Origin: Candidatus Poseidoniales archaeon
GTDB taxonomy: Archaea > Thermoplasmatota > Poseidoniia > Poseidoniales > Thalassarchaeaceae
DNA: 64,000 nucleotides
Direction of reading: 5' to 3'
Assembly: GCA_028283505.1 (NCBI GenBank)
Contig: JAPOFX010000001.1
Span: forward strand, 8,197-72,196
Part shown: one piece after another, positions 1-10,353 of the stretch
How the letters are laid out: every line of letters begins with the position of its first letter
How positions within the stretch are numbered: position 1 is the first letter of the stretch
The notes under the pieces: model-generated
The model's input: the letters and a program-made list of their open reading frames with translations, nothing else
Told to the model about the DNA's origin: nothing
The model's database searches: none
Translations under genes and position numbers: made by a program

Positions 1-3000
1 AGCAATCGCCTAGCAATTGAGCGTTGACCCTCTGAACGTTACCAATTGTTGGAAGGTCATCTTGCCATGTCTCATTGTTCGTGTTCCACCGGACCACGGT
101 CCCTTCTCCATCGTTCCAAGACTGAGTTGGCCTCACCCCGATCCAAAGCTCATCTCCAACCACTCCCATTCCATACACCTTCGAGCTGGAGCCAATCCTA
201 GATCCAGCATCAAGTGTGGAAAGAGAAGTGTTGTTATTGAGGGCTATTCTGTAAATCTCATCATTTGAATTCCACCATTGATTCGATCTTTGCGTGGAGT
301 AATGTAGGACATCGCCCACTATGATCATCTCGGCAGGGCTCCTTGATGGTATAGTTGGGCCATTCGCGTTGGTCCCCCTTCCCCAGTTGATCAGGACCGT
401 ATCATTTTCAACGTCAATGAGTGTTAGCCCAAAGTCCCCTCCTGCCCACAAAGTTCCACTCTGCTTACCGGGTATCAGAGTGGTCACGTCATCATCATCG
501 ATGTACCCTTGAGTCCCATCCCATGTTGTAAGCCACTCTTCGTTTGCTAAGTCATATCTGGCAATACCTGTGTTTTCGAATCCCAAATAGAGTATTTCCC
601 CAATCTTGACCGTCTTAGCCCGTTGCGTGTCATCTCCAGCCGTCCAAACTTCCAGAACTTCCATGCCATCAACGCCGCCTAGGCCTGCAGTGCTGATGAC
701 AGCAGCCCCGCCTTCGGTGCCAGCATACAATATGGGATACCCTTGTGAGTCGTTTCCAATCAGCTTCACTGAGTTAATTTGCCGTGACGGCATGTCCCCT
801 CCATCTAGGCACTCAAGGAACTCAATCGTGCCCTGTCCAGTTGGGCCCCAGGCACATGCACCTCTGTTAGTTGCAGCGAAAATGTCTGTACCGTCACTGG
901 TAATGTCATTGAATTCCCATGGGTCATTATTCCATCCGGGGATGTTTGTATCTAACTGGTCCCAGGATGCACCATCCCATATGGCTATGCCTCCGTTGGA
1001 CTGAGCACCCGTGTTGGCTACCCTAGATCCGACAATCAGGTCCCCCCCGTAAATGTATAACGAGAGGACATCGTTGTCGGGGAGACCGCTGTTCCCAACT
1101 GTGAGTAAGTCAGTGATGTCTCCATTTATCCTATCCAAGATCATTATCCCAAAATCAGGGAGACCGAGATAAATCACATCTCCGTCTACGGCAATTGGGG
1201 CGGCCTCTAGGTTGTCAGCACCAAGTGATTGCCAAGAACCAAGAATTTGCAACTCTGCGAGATCCAATCTCATGAGTCCACTGTCTGGAGTAGCCAAGTA
1301 AGCTATACTGTATCTAGTTGCCACATCTAAAACCAAATCTGAGTCCAGTCCATCTCCAGTGTCATAAGTTAGGATCAGACTGTTTGTAGATGAGTTGACT
1401 AGCGAAACACCATTCTCTGGGTGACCTATCACAAGAGTCTGAGTATATTCGTCATATGACATTGAGATAATGCTCTCAGACCCCAGGCCACCGATCCCAC
1501 CCAAGTACGAACCAGTTTCTCCGTCAAATAGTAGAAGACCAGAATTGGAAGTTCCAACCCATACTTGCCCAAGCTCATCCTGCACCATAGAGGTGATTGT
1601 TTGCAATTGCTGTCCCGCAAAGTCAGAGACATCAATAGGGTTCATCCACCTCCTGCCAGAGTTGTTGAACCTGTCAATTTGAGAGTCTCCAGCGACCCAA
1701 ATCTGACCATCCTCACTGTCATCAATACTAACTGCAAGCCTCATCGGATCTGTGACAGGACTACTCACAAGGTACTCAACACCAATCAGCGTGTCTTGAT
1801 GTTGCATGGCAGAAACACCTGTTGAGTCAATAAGTACCGAAACACTGTCGACAGGGCTCCTTGCCCCTATTCCAGATGGCCATGATGAAATTGAAACCGC
1901 GCTATCCAACAATCCTAGGGAATCAACGGTTTCCTGTGACCTGAATATCCCGGCGACTATATCGTACGATTGCAAGACATTCCCTGCTAAGACGTGTAGC
2001 CAGCCGTCAGAGACTGATGTCCCTAGGATATTATTGGATGCGAGTGTGTTTGCTGTTGACCACCTGGAAAGCCACGTTGAAGTAGCCAAATCCCTACGAT
2101 TTATTCCTGCATTTTCTGTCGAGATGAGCAACTGGTTCCCCATCATCTGCAAATCCGTAATCCTGTTACTTGCTAGGAAGTTACTGGTATCCCAGTGGGT
2201 ACTGTCCACAATAGTAATCACCGATTGGTTACCGCTTAGATTGTAGTTGATTAGATGGACGCCGTTATTTTCTGTTGATATGATGACAGTGCCTGAGATA
2301 ACAATAATGTCTGTGGCAACACTAGATGGTGTTGAGCAGTATTGATACACATCCCATTGAGATGTGATCGACATATCGTTAGAATTTGGTGAAATGAACC
2401 TTACTTCACAACCATCAACGGCCCACAATGATCCATCTGAATCAGATGCAATAGCGGTAATGCTCTCTGATGCAATAGAAAAGGAAGGCCCATCTTCGGA
2501 ATCGTTTAGAGATTGAGTGTATATCGTCCCATTGGAGGTTCCGACGATCAGCATCCCCCTTGACTGATCGACATCTATGCTTCTGCCGTATATCAGCTCA
2601 TCAATATGAACGATCCCAGGGCATCTCCACTCACACGCCTCTGAGGCCTTACTATCCAGATGAATTAGGTCATCTCCGAGAAGTACATACATCCTTCCGT
2701 CGTAAGGATTGACCGCACTGCCGTGAACAACAATCTCCAGAGGCGCGAATGAAATCCTAGGATCTGACGGGGTAAGCGCTTCAATCACTAAGTCAGAGAT
2801 TGAAATTCCTGCTGGGAGAATCCATGATGCATCGCTGACTGAGTTGGGTTGTAGGGAAGTTGAAAGCTCACCATCCATCAGTTCAGGTGGTTTGTCGTTG
2901 AATTCGTATTGACAACCAAGCCAGTCATTCCCCCTCCAATCTAGAATCGGTGTTTGACTGTTCATCAGGGTAAGTTGAGGCTCATCTATGCAGAACCCAT

Positions 3001-3280
3001 CCGAGCCATCAACGGCAATTTCGAATGTCAAGTTAGAGATCTCTGCTCCAGGCGCGAATTCCAAGAACAGGTCAGAGTAAGCATAAGTCTGGCTCGATGG
3101 ATCAGAACCAGTGGCCTCCAGGTCTATCCATCCTGTATCGTTGTAACCTGAGGAGCCCCAGACTCTCGCTGAAACTTTGCTTGCCTCATCTTGATCTCGT
3201 AACTCGTAGTCGGAAAATGAGGTCCATGGCAGTAAAACCATCAACGAAACAAGAAGCAAAGCACTCCTCTTCGGGGACAT
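1..3280 (-). CDS. Large secreted surface protein with beta-propeller-type (two-component-regulator-propeller-like) repeats. The 3' end runs off the window start (C-terminus lies before position 1).
   Basis: Minus-strand frame is open from the ATG at 3280-3278 to position 1 by manual translation. The N-terminus MSPKRSALLLVSLMVLLPWTSFS is a classic signal peptide. Repeated motifs of the propeller-repeat type recur (DGSLWAVDG, GQIWVAGDSQ, GQVWVGTSNSGLLLFD, GTLWAGGDFGLTLID). It is absent from the ORF track only because it lacks an in-window stop. The plus-strand ORFs at 17-2246 are its shadows. Confidence 0.55.
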   Translation of the reverse strand, partial: MSPKRSALLLVSLMVLLPWTSFSDYELRDQDEASKVSARVWGSSGYNDTGWIDLEATGSDPSSQTYAYSDLFLEFAPGAEISNLTFEIAVDGSDGFCIDEPQLTLMNSQTPILDWRGNDWLGCQYEFNDKPPELMDGELSTSLQPNSVSDASWILPAGISISDLVIEALTPSDPRISFAPLEIVVHGSAVNPYDGRMYVLLGDDLIHLDSKASEACEWRCPGIVHIDELIYGRSIDVDQSRGMLIVGTSNGTIYTQSLNDSEDGPSFSIASESITAIASDSDGSLWAVDGCEVRFISPNSNDMSITSQWDVYQYCSTPSSVATDIIVISGTVIISTENNGVHLINYNLSGNQSVITIVDSTHWDTSNFLASNRITDLQMMGNQLLISTENAGINRRDLATSTWLSRWSTANTLASNNILGTSVSDGWLHVLAGNVLQSYDIVAGIFRSQETVDSLGLLDSAVSISSWPSGIGARSPVDSVSVLIDSTGVSAMQHQDTLIGVEYLVSSPVTDPMRLAVSIDDSEDGQIWVAGDSQIDRFNNSGRRWMNPIDVSDFAGQQLQTITSMVQDELGQVWVGTSNSGLLLFDGETGSYLGGIGGLGSESIISMSYDEYTQTLVIGHPENGVSLVNSSTNSLILTYDTGDGLDSDLVLDVATRYSIAYLATPDSGLMRLDLAELQILGSWQSLGADNLEAAPIAVDGDVIYLGLPDFGIMILDRINGDITDLLTVGNSGLPDNDVLSLYIYGGDLIVGSRVANTGAQSNGGIAIWDGASWDQLDTNIPGWNNDPWEFNDITSDGTDIFAATNRGACAWGPTGQGTIEFLECLDGGDMPSRQINSVKLIGNDSQGYPILYAGTEGGAAVISTAGLGGVDGMEVLEVWTAGDDTQRAKTVKIGEILYLGFENTGIARYDLANEEWLTTWDGTQGYIDDDDVTTLIPGKQSGTLWAGGDFGLTLIDVENDTVLINWGRGTNANGPTIPSRSPAEMIIVGDVLHYSTQRSNQWWNSNDEIYRIALNNNTSLSTLDAGSRIGSSSKVYGMGVVGDELWIGVRPTQSWNDGEGTVVRWNTNNETWQDDLPTIGNVQRVNAQLLGDC

Positions 3281-3507
3281 CCCAGGGGCCGAACCTAGTG
3301 TATGCACAGTAGCTCGGCTTTCTATCACTATATTGAATGGTGTGGGTCCTTGAGCCATACATGCTTACATCCACCGTAGGTGGAAATCAAATAATCATAA
3401 CCAACAAACTACCCCGATAATCGCTCACTAATCGGCTGATAATAAATTTACACGCCATAGGATAGCATCAAAGAGGGGAGGGCAGGACGGGTCTACGGGT
3501 TGTCAGC

Positions 3508-5790
3508 ATGACAGATGAGAGGCTCCGCGAGGAAGCACTGGACTATCACGCTTCAAAACCAGCTGGAAAATTAACCGTAACTCCGACAAAACCACATGGC
3601 ACGTCGCATGAATTGTCTCTAGCCTATTCGCCTGGAGTAGCCTTTCCATGTAAGGAAATTGAAAGAGATCCCAACAGTGCTTACAAGTACACCTCCAAAG
3701 GAAACCTAGTTGCTGTAGTGAGCAATGGAACTGCGGTTCTTGGACTAGGAGACATCGGTCCCCTTGCAGGGAAGCCAGTCATGGAAGGAAAGGGTCTTTT
3801 GTTCAAGGCATTTGCAGATATTGATGTCTTCGACATAGAGGTAAACAAAATTGATGTGGATGGGTTTGTAGAAACAGTAAAGGCGATATCACCAACGTTC
3901 GGAGGAATTAACCTAGAGGATATCAAGGCACCAGAGTGCTTTGAAATCGAAAAGAGACTCGTTGAGGAACTGGATATTCCCGTAATGCACGATGACCAAC
4001 ATGGAACAGCGATTATTTCAGGCGCGGCACTGATTAACGGACTGGAATTAGTAAATAAGGAAATCTCGAAGGTCAAAGTAGTGATTTCAGGAGCAGGTGC
4101 ATCAGCGATATCCTGCGCTCGCCACTACGTCCGTTTGGGAGTGAAGAAAGATAACATAATCATGGTGGACTCCACGGGAATCCTCACAGATTCCAGAATG
4201 AAAAGTGGTGATTTGAACGAGTACAAGGAGGAATTTGCAAGGAATCTTCCTGATGGTGACTTGTCTGATGCTATGCTAGGAAGCGATGTCTTCCTTGGGC
4301 TGTCAAAGGGGGGGCTGGTTTCGCCAGAGATGGTAAAGAAGATGGCAGAGAGGCCTCTAATATTCGCACTAGCTAATCCTGATCCGGAAATCCTACCTGA
4401 AGATGTGATGTCCATAAGGGACGATGCCATAATTGCAACTGGGAGATCTGATTACCCGAACCAGATAAACAATGTTCTGGGCTTCCCTTACATTTTCAGG
4501 GGGGCACTGGATGTTCGAGCCACTCGCATAACCGAGGGAATGAAAATGGCCGCGACAAAGGCAATCGCGGAGTTAGCGAGAGAACCAGTCCCCGACGATG
4601 TTCTCTCGGCCTACAATGGAGAGCAATTGCAGTTCGGTCCCGAATACATCATCCCAAAGCCGTTTGATGCGAGAGTACTGATCTGGGAGGCTAGCGCCGT
4701 TGCGGCGGCCGCGGTGGAGGAAGGAGTTGCAGGTGTCAAGAAGGGAGATTTTGACTTCGAGGTGTATAGAGAAGAGCTCGAGGCAAGATTAGGACTGACC
4801 CGTTCAATCATGAGGAGAGTCATAAATCGAGCGAAGAAGGACAAGAAAAGGATAGTCTTCTGCGAAGGAGAAGATCCGACAGTTATCAAAGCCGCGTCCC
4901 AATGCATTTCTGAGGGAATCTGTGAGCCTATCCTTTTGGGTAATATTGACAGAATAGAGGCAGTGAAGGAAGAGCTTGGACTAAATTTTACATGTGAAGA
5001 AATCGATGTCAGATACGATCCCAGGAGAAGGGGCTCATATGCAGAGGAGCTGCATAACATTCGTGGCAGAAAAGGAATTACACTGGAAGATGCCATAAGA
5101 CTGATGAAGAACTCTACTTATTTTGCCCCAATGATGGTCCACATGGGAGATGCAGATGGGTACCTTGGGGGAGTCTCCCACCATTACCCAGACATAGTGA
5201 AGCCATGTTTGCAGATTATAGGACCTGAGAAGGATTCACACAGGATTGTAGGTATGTACATGATGACTGTCAATGGTGAGCTGATGTTTATTGGGGATGC
5301 AACCATCAACATCTATCCAGATTCCAGAACCCTGGCAGAGATAGCAGTACAAACAGCCAAGGTAGCGAGAAGGTTTGGGGTGAAGCCTAAAGTTGCGATG
5401 TTGTCTTTTTCCAATTTTGGTACGTCTTCTGAGATGAGGACAGATAGGGTAGAAGAAGCTATTTCAATAGCCCGAGAATTAGATCCAGAACTGGTCATAG
5501 ATGGGCCTATGCAAGCAGATACTGCACTTGTCAGTGAGATTCAAAAAGAATACCCATTCATGTCATTCGAAGGTCCTGCTAATGTTTTAATTTGTCCAAA
5601 TCTGGCATCGGCAAATATAGCCTACAAACTACTGCAAAGGATCGCAGGCGCTGAGATGACAGGGCCTATCCTCGAGGGCCTCTCTAAACCAGCTCATGTA
5701 TTACAACGAGGAGACAGTGTTAGAGATGTCGTCCATATGGCAGCTATCTGCGCCGTGGACGCTCAGAGGCATGATTGGCAGAAGCTATGA
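3508..5790 (+). CDS. maeB: NADP-dependent malic enzyme (malic enzyme domain fused to a phosphotransacetylase-like C-terminal domain)
   Basis: 760 aa. The N-terminal half is a malic enzyme/NAD(P)-binding region ([12 protein letters not shown] Rossmann motif). The C-terminal roughly 330 aa is a PTA-like domain. The overall architecture is typical of MaeB. Confidence 0.9.
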   Translation: MTDERLREEALDYHASKPAGKLTVTPTKPHGTSHELSLAYSPGVAFPCKEIERDPNSAYKYTSKGNLVAVVSNGTAVLGLGDIGPLAGKPVMEGKGLLFKAFADIDVFDIEVNKIDVDGFVETVKAISPTFGGINLEDIKAPECFEIEKRLVEELDIPVMHDDQHGTAIISGAALINGLELVNKEISKVKVVISGAGASAISCARHYVRLGVKKDNIIMVDSTGILTDSRMKSGDLNEYKEEFARNLPDGDLSDAMLGSDVFLGLSKGGLVSPEMVKKMAERPLIFALANPDPEILPEDVMSIRDDAIIATGRSDYPNQINNVLGFPYIFRGALDVRATRITEGMKMAATKAIAELAREPVPDDVLSAYNGEQLQFGPEYIIPKPFDARVLIWEASAVAAAAVEEGVAGVKKGDFDFEVYREELEARLGLTRSIMRRVINRAKKDKKRIVFCEGEDPTVIKAASQCISEGICEPILLGNIDRIEAVKEELGLNFTCEEIDVRYDPRRRGSYAEELHNIRGRKGITLEDAIRLMKNSTYFAPMMVHMGDADGYLGGVSHHYPDIVKPCLQIIGPEKDSHRIVGMYMMTVNGELMFIGDATINIYPDSRTLAEIAVQTAKVARRFGVKPKVAMLSFSNFGTSSEMRTDRVEEAISIARELDPELVIDGPMQADTALVSEIQKEYPFMSFEGPANVLICPNLASANIAYKLLQRIAGAEMTGPILEGLSKPAHVLQRGDSVRDVVHMAAICAVDAQRHDWQKL

Positions 5791-5954
5791 AAATAGCTTG
5801 TTAGTAATTAACTAAAATATCCAAACTATCACTGTTAAATTCACAGCTATTGAGATAATACAAACAAGCCCCATTGAGGGACAGTGCCGTGGTACTGACT
5901 TATTCCAAACCGATATATTCTCAATAAGCCTTGGTAGAGTATAGACAGGGAATA

Positions 5955-6146
5955 TTACTTGATGCCACCCTTGACATATCTCTGAGTCCACTTCATCTTT
6001 CTTGGATTTCTCTTTAGCTTCAGGGCGTTCTTCCTAGCCTTGCTATCTCTGAACCACATTACTGATCCATCTCTCTTCACATACATCATTCCCGTTCCAG
6101 GCTCAATTTCCTCACTGGTGAAGCTACACACTCTAGTCTCTGGCAT
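5955..6146 (-). CDS. rpl24e: 50S ribosomal protein L24e
   Basis: 63 aa, MPETRVCSFTSEEIEPGTG... This is an L24e-type small basic protein (zinc-ribbon-like, as in L24e). It is the last gene of the conserved archaeal L7Ae-S28e-L24e cluster. Confidence 0.9.
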   Translation of the reverse strand: MPETRVCSFTSEEIEPGTGMMYVKRDGSVMWFRDSKARKNALKLKRNPRKMKWTQRYVKGGIK

Positions 6147-6155
6147 TATTTCACC

Positions 6156-6389
6156 TCACCGATTACCTAGGCGACGCGCCTCTCTTCCAGTATCTCTCAG
6201 CATTAGGATATCCCCTACCCTTACAGGTCCTAGTACATTCCTGGAAATAATTCTCCCTATGTCCCTAGGGTTGTTCGAATCGTCAACTCTGACTTTCACT
6301 TGGATAGCCTCTCCGCTCATGCCCGTCCTTCCAACAATCTCAACGACCTCTGCGGGCCATGATTCTTGAGCCAAACTTCCAGCCTCCAA
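6156..6389 (-). CDS. rps28e: 30S ribosomal protein S28e
   Basis: 77 aa with the S28e signature [23 protein letters not shown]...[16 protein letters not shown]. Confidence 0.9.
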   Translation of the reverse strand: MEAGSLAQESWPAEVVEIVGRTGMSGEAIQVKVRVDDSNNPRDIGRIISRNVLGPVRVGDILMLRDTGREARRLGNR

Positions 6390-6390
6390 T

Positions 6391-6765
6391 TTACTTTGAC
6401 AAGGTTTCGTAGTGTCCCTTAACCTCGTTGAATAGATCTTGCGCTTCTTTCCCTACTTCCATGATGGCTACTGCGGCAGTTCTTGTTCCTGCAGTCATGC
6501 CGGCAGAGTCAGCCAAGTATCCTTGGTCTTCCACATAGATGAACGGAATTGACTTCTCGTTACAAATCATTGGAACGTGGGCCAGAAGCTCTCCGGGATT
6601 GACATTTTCAGCCATAACAATCATTGTAGCACTTCCTCTTTCGGCAGCCTTGGTTACCTCATTGGCGCCTTTCTTTATTTTTCCGTCCTTTCCAATAGCT
6701 TTCACAAGCTCGTAAACTTGGTCTTGTATGTCTTTCGGGGTCTCAAACGCTATATGAACACTCAT
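6391..6765 (-). CDS. rpl7ae: 50S ribosomal protein L7Ae (kink-turn RNA-binding protein)
   Basis: 124 aa with a conserved L7Ae/L30e-fold sequence ([14 protein letters not shown]...[15 protein letters not shown]). Ordered immediately upstream of rps28e. Confidence 0.9.
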   Translation of the reverse strand: MSVHIAFETPKDIQDQVYELVKAIGKDGKIKKGANEVTKAAERGSATMIVMAENVNPGELLAHVPMICNEKSIPFIYVEDQGYLADSAGMTAGTRTAAVAIMEVGKEAQDLFNEVKGHYETLSK

Positions 6766-6854
6766 TGGATGCCTCTCCTCGTGCTGGGTAAGCCTTCGCA
6801 GGACATAGTCGATATAAACGCAACGTATTGTCTGGACAGAGTTAGAGTTTTCAA

Positions 6855-7808
6855 TCAGCCAATCATTTCCTTGATTCCTCTGGCTAGGGCTGGTGCAGAA
6901 CTAACGACAGATCTCGGATTCCTGAGAGAGTCAGTTGTGTACACCCCGTCAACGTGATTTGCTAGCCTGGAGAGGGCTCCTCCGGTGAATAAACCATGAG
7001 TACACGCAGCAAATACTGCTTTTGCGCCCTGTCTTCTGAGGGCGTCACTCGCCCTGCAAATAGTTCCACCAGTACTGATCATATCATCAACAATTGCCAC
7101 AACTTTGCCGTTTACATCAAGGTCCTTAGCCTGATGTTCTATAGTGTGCGCATCAATCCTAGTTTTCTCGAGATAACTGAATTCCCATCCCCCTATCTTA
7201 GCCACCTCACTTGCCCTGTCAATGGCCCCTTTGTCTGGACTAAGTATGAAATCCGGTCCGACCTCTTTTTGTAGAACATCTGCAATTTCTGGCATGGAAC
7301 TAACGAAGCCTATCTCAAGGTCTGAGCCATCCAGAACTTTCGGCTCATGTAGGTCCAAGATCACCATGCCATCACAGCTTCTTCCAAGAATTTCGGAGAT
7401 TACTCTGGCCGACACCGTCTCCCCGGGGGAGAATCTCTTATCCTGTCTCGCATATCCATAGTATGGTACAGCTAGAAAGATACCTGGCCCAACATTATCC
7501 ATCACTTGTTCGCCCTCATTTTTGAGGTTCTCAAGATCCCCCTTTCGAATATCATTAATCGCTTCAAGCATTAGAATAGTCCTCATAATCCCCGAATCCG
7601 GAAATGTATTTGAAACTAGGATTACAGGCTCCGATCTGATCACTCCAAAACTCTCACTTGGGACTCTTACATATCCCTCTCCATCAGGAAACTTCCTACT
7701 CTCAATAAGGACAAACTCCATCTCTAGGATTTCGGCTAGAGCGATGGCCAATTCACGACCCGATGAGCCGCTTAAGACTGGCATGTGACGGGAATGGGAA
7801 CTGACCAT
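6855..7808 (-). CDS. prs: Ribose-phosphate pyrophosphokinase (PRPP synthetase)
   Basis: 317 aa with the PRTase-type PRPP-binding loop VVAIVDDMISTGGT and a Prs N-terminal domain. The start is possibly a few codons internal (MPVLSG...). Confidence 0.85.
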   Translation of the reverse strand: MVSSHSRHMPVLSGSSGRELAIALAEILEMEFVLIESRKFPDGEGYVRVPSESFGVIRSEPVILVSNTFPDSGIMRTILMLEAINDIRKGDLENLKNEGEQVMDNVGPGIFLAVPYYGYARQDKRFSPGETVSARVISEILGRSCDGMVILDLHEPKVLDGSDLEIGFVSSMPEIADVLQKEVGPDFILSPDKGAIDRASEVAKIGGWEFSYLEKTRIDAHTIEHQAKDLDVNGKVVAIVDDMISTGGTICRASDALRRQGAKAVFAACTHGLFTGGALSRLANHVDGVYTTDSLRNPRSVVSSAPALARGIKEMIG

Positions 7809-7842
7809 CCTTCATGACGCTACCGCTTGTTTTGCCACAAGT

Positions 7843-7920
7843 TGGTGGGCATGACAGGATTTGAACCTGTGGCCTCCCGGTTATCAGCCGGGTGCTCCAG
7901 CCAAACTAAGCTACACGCCC
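7843..7920 (-). tRNA. tRNA-Ile (anticodon GAU), CCA encoded
   Basis: The reverse complement reads GGGCGTG TA GCTT AGTTTGGCTG GAGC A CCCGG CTGATAA CCGGG AGGCC ACAGG TTCAAAT CCTGT CATGCCC A CCA. It has a 7-bp acceptor stem (one G-U), a D arm, a 5-bp anticodon stem with 7-nt loop C-T-GAT-A-A, a 5-bp T stem with TTCAAAT loop, and a 78-nt cloverleaf. Confidence 0.8.
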
Positions 7921-7957
7921 TTGAACAATCGTCCGACATGGGAATCTGATTTGAAAC

Positions 7958-8584
7958 CTACTCAACAGGATCGAACTCTTCAGCATCTTCTCCATTGAGC
8001 TTTAGGTAGCTTGGCAAAGTGGTTAGACGCTTCACTGTACACCTAAGTATTACCTCATCCAGTCTAGACGTGGTTCGGGCCAACTGTCCCACTGGAATTA
8101 TGAGGGTATCAGGAAGTCCGTGCTTCTTCTTGACCATGAAATGGGGGTTCACCACGACCCCTCTGTAAGTCCTCTTGATCTTGACCATCCCAACCACATT
8201 ACCAATATCGATTCCATCGTTGTCAAGAACTGCTCTATCCAATAGCTCATCCGGTGCAAACAACTCCTCCGAAATCCTGACAGTATTCCTCCACCTCCTT
8301 TGTAGCTCTCTCATTGATTTAGAGAGTTTTATCGCTCCATCAGGTCTGATACTGTGAACGAGCTCCTTCGAAAGAGGCGCACTCTCAGCCGGCTTTCTCA
8401 TGAACTCCTCCGCGACTCCAGGGACCACTTGCAACCTGAGCGATTGAACACACTCGTCCCTCGGATGGAATCTCTCCCCCGTAATTACGCCTACGAACTT
8501 GTCGCCTACGTACACGTCTCTCTGTAGCAATTCCTGGATTCTGTAATCATCATTCATCTTCTCACCATCGGACTTGAGCTGCAT
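7958..8584 (-). CDS. PRC-barrel domain protein (two PRC-barrel-like repeats), function unknown
   Basis: 208 aa with two segments of the PRC-barrel pattern (...VYVGDKFVGVITGERF..., ...VLDNDGIDIGNVVGMVKI...). Assigned on sequence pattern only. Confidence 0.45.
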   Translation of the reverse strand: MQLKSDGEKMNDDYRIQELLQRDVYVGDKFVGVITGERFHPRDECVQSLRLQVVPGVAEEFMRKPAESAPLSKELVHSIRPDGAIKLSKSMRELQRRWRNTVRISEELFAPDELLDRAVLDNDGIDIGNVVGMVKIKRTYRGVVVNPHFMVKKKHGLPDTLIIPVGQLARTTSRLDEVILRCTVKRLTTLPSYLKLNGEDAEEFDPVE

Positions 8585-8797
8585 CCCCCACGCTTCCTCT
8601 CCGTTTCCTCAGAGAGTAGATTAGCACTTATACTATACTGTTATTAAGACTGATAATCTAATTGAAAAATTATACTATATACAAAAATTTCAATTGAAAA
8701 TTCAAAGTATGTTTAATTTTTACATACATTATCAGAAATTCAGTTTAATTCCTCTGCCGAGACAATTGTGCCCTTCTGAGAACAGTTACCAAGAACC
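8585..8797. promoter_or_regulatory. AT-rich divergent intergenic region with short direct repeats. It holds the presumed promoters for the PRC-barrel gene (-) and the aminotransferase gene (+).
   Basis: This 213-bp spacer is strikingly AT-rich against coding DNA of moderate GC. It contains TAATTGAAAAATT (8659-8671) and TCAATTGAAAATT (8690-8702). It also contains TATACTATA twice (8630-8638, 8671-8679) and several TATA-like stretches. Confidence 0.3.
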
Positions 8798-10345
8798 TTG
8801 ATGAGCAACCCGCAACTCGGACATCCGATGGGAGGTAGTCTCGATATTCTGCACTCGATCAGAAACCGTTCAGGTAGCAGGGTAACCAACGGACTCCCAG
8901 ATGAAGTAATCCTCTCGTTCATCGACACTGACCCATCACTTAGAAGGGCTATCGAAGAAGCTGGAATAGTCTTTGAATCTCTTTCTACAGACACCGGAAT
9001 AGAAATCTCTGGAACTGATGAAACCGCTCTAATCGAGAGACTTCAATCGGACTACGTGAATTTCTATTCTTCCGCAACAGTAAATCCCTACGTTGCTATC
9101 TCAGCGAGAGGGCCATGGATTGTAACATCCCATGGAGCAGTTGTACATGACAATGGAGGTTATGGCATGCTCGGAATGGGGCATGGACCCGATGACATAA
9201 TTTCATCTATGCAGAAAAACTGGGTAATGGCAAATGTAATGACTCCTTCTTTCAGCCAAAAAAGGCTATCAGACAGGCTGAAAATGGAAATTGGCCATAC
9301 AAGAGGAAGCTGTCCATTTGATCGGTTTATATGCATGAATTCAGGGTCGGAATCTATGACAGTAGGAATGAGGATATCTGATGTCAATGCATTGAGGATG
9401 ACAGGTCCTGGTGGGAGGCATGAGGGGAAGCCAACGCGAATGGTGGCGATCGAGAGGGCATTTCATGGACGCACAGATAGACCTGCTCAGATTTCTCACT
9501 CATGTAAAGATGGCTATGATAGGAACCTGAATACATTCCAAGATAGGGATAATCTAGTGCTTATCCCGGCGAATGACATCTCAGCACTGAGGGAGACATT
9601 CAATCAAGCAGATGTTGATGGCGTATTTATCGAGCTCCTAGCGATTGAACCAGTTCAGGGAGAAGGAGCCCCGGGTCTGTGCATAGACAGGGACTTCTAT
9701 GATGAAGCAAGGCGCCTAACCAAAGAACACGGCTCCATGCTGATTATTGACTCGGTCCAAGCCGGACTTAGGGGTCAGGGTTGCCTGAGTATAGTGGACT
9801 ACGATGGTTTTCAGAGTGCTGATGCCCCCGATATGGAAGCATGGTCGAAAGCGATTAATGCTGGGCAGTTCCCTCTTTCTGTTGTTGGAATGACCGCAGA
9901 GGTAGCTGATTTGTATGTTACCGGAATCTACGGTAACACCATGACTACCAACCCTCGAGCATTGGAAACAGCGATTGCAGTATTGGAAAGAATTACTCCA
10001 GAGCTTCGGCAGAACATCCGTGACCGTGGGGATGATCTAGTTTTAGGTCTGCAGGGGGTCATGGAGGAATTCCCAGAAGCCATCCTTTCCGTTCAAGGAA
10101 CGGGTCTTTTGGTATGTGCAGAAATGGATCCCAATTTCTTCCCCGTCGTGGGAGATGACAAGGTTGAGATGTGGTGCAGGAAGAATGGGCTAGGAGTCAT
10201 CCACGGAGGAGTTAACGCCCTAAGATTCACTCCGCACTTTTCGATTACCCCTGAGGAAATTAAGATGATTGTTGAGATTGTCAGAGACGCAGTTATACAC
10301 TTCTCACAAATGAAGTCACTCGAGGTTACCCCGAGCACCGTCTAA
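8798..10345 (+). CDS. Class-III pyridoxal-phosphate-dependent aminotransferase (substrate unknown; roughly 95-aa N-terminal extension)
   Basis: 515 aa. It carries the class-III motif DSVQAGLRGQG (cf. DEVQTGFGRTG) and the PLP-lysine region SKAINAGQFPLSVVG (cf. FAKALGGGFPIGA). Confidence 0.75.
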   Translation: MMSNPQLGHPMGGSLDILHSIRNRSGSRVTNGLPDEVILSFIDTDPSLRRAIEEAGIVFESLSTDTGIEISGTDETALIERLQSDYVNFYSSATVNPYVAISARGPWIVTSHGAVVHDNGGYGMLGMGHGPDDIISSMQKNWVMANVMTPSFSQKRLSDRLKMEIGHTRGSCPFDRFICMNSGSESMTVGMRISDVNALRMTGPGGRHEGKPTRMVAIERAFHGRTDRPAQISHSCKDGYDRNLNTFQDRDNLVLIPANDISALRETFNQADVDGVFIELLAIEPVQGEGAPGLCIDRDFYDEARRLTKEHGSMLIIDSVQAGLRGQGCLSIVDYDGFQSADAPDMEAWSKAINAGQFPLSVVGMTAEVADLYVTGIYGNTMTTNPRALETAIAVLERITPELRQNIRDRGDDLVLGLQGVMEEFPEAILSVQGTGLLVCAEMDPNFFPVVGDDKVEMWCRKNGLGVIHGGVNALRFTPHFSITPEEIKMIVEIVRDAVIHFSQMKSLEVTPSTV

Positions 10346-10353
10346 GTGGTAAG

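Noticed and set aside
17-2246. Six plus-strand ORFs from the track (17-268, 321-512, 606-1004, 1470-1682, 1565-1825, 1806-2246)
   Set aside because: Their translations are low-complexity (Pro/Ser/His-rich) with no motifs. They lie entirely inside a continuous minus-strand frame that has a signal peptide and coherent repeats. They are shadow ORFs of the 1-3280 minus-strand gene.
3186-3374. Minus-strand 62-aa ORF overlapping the 5' end of the left-edge gene
   Set aside because: It is in a different frame from the signal-peptide-bearing start at 3280. It has no features and is most likely spurious.
3375-3507. Short inverted repeat CCGAT-(N14)-ATCGG upstream of maeB
   Set aside because: It is only a 5-bp stem with a long loop, within expectation for random sequence. 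It is not reported as a regulatory feature.
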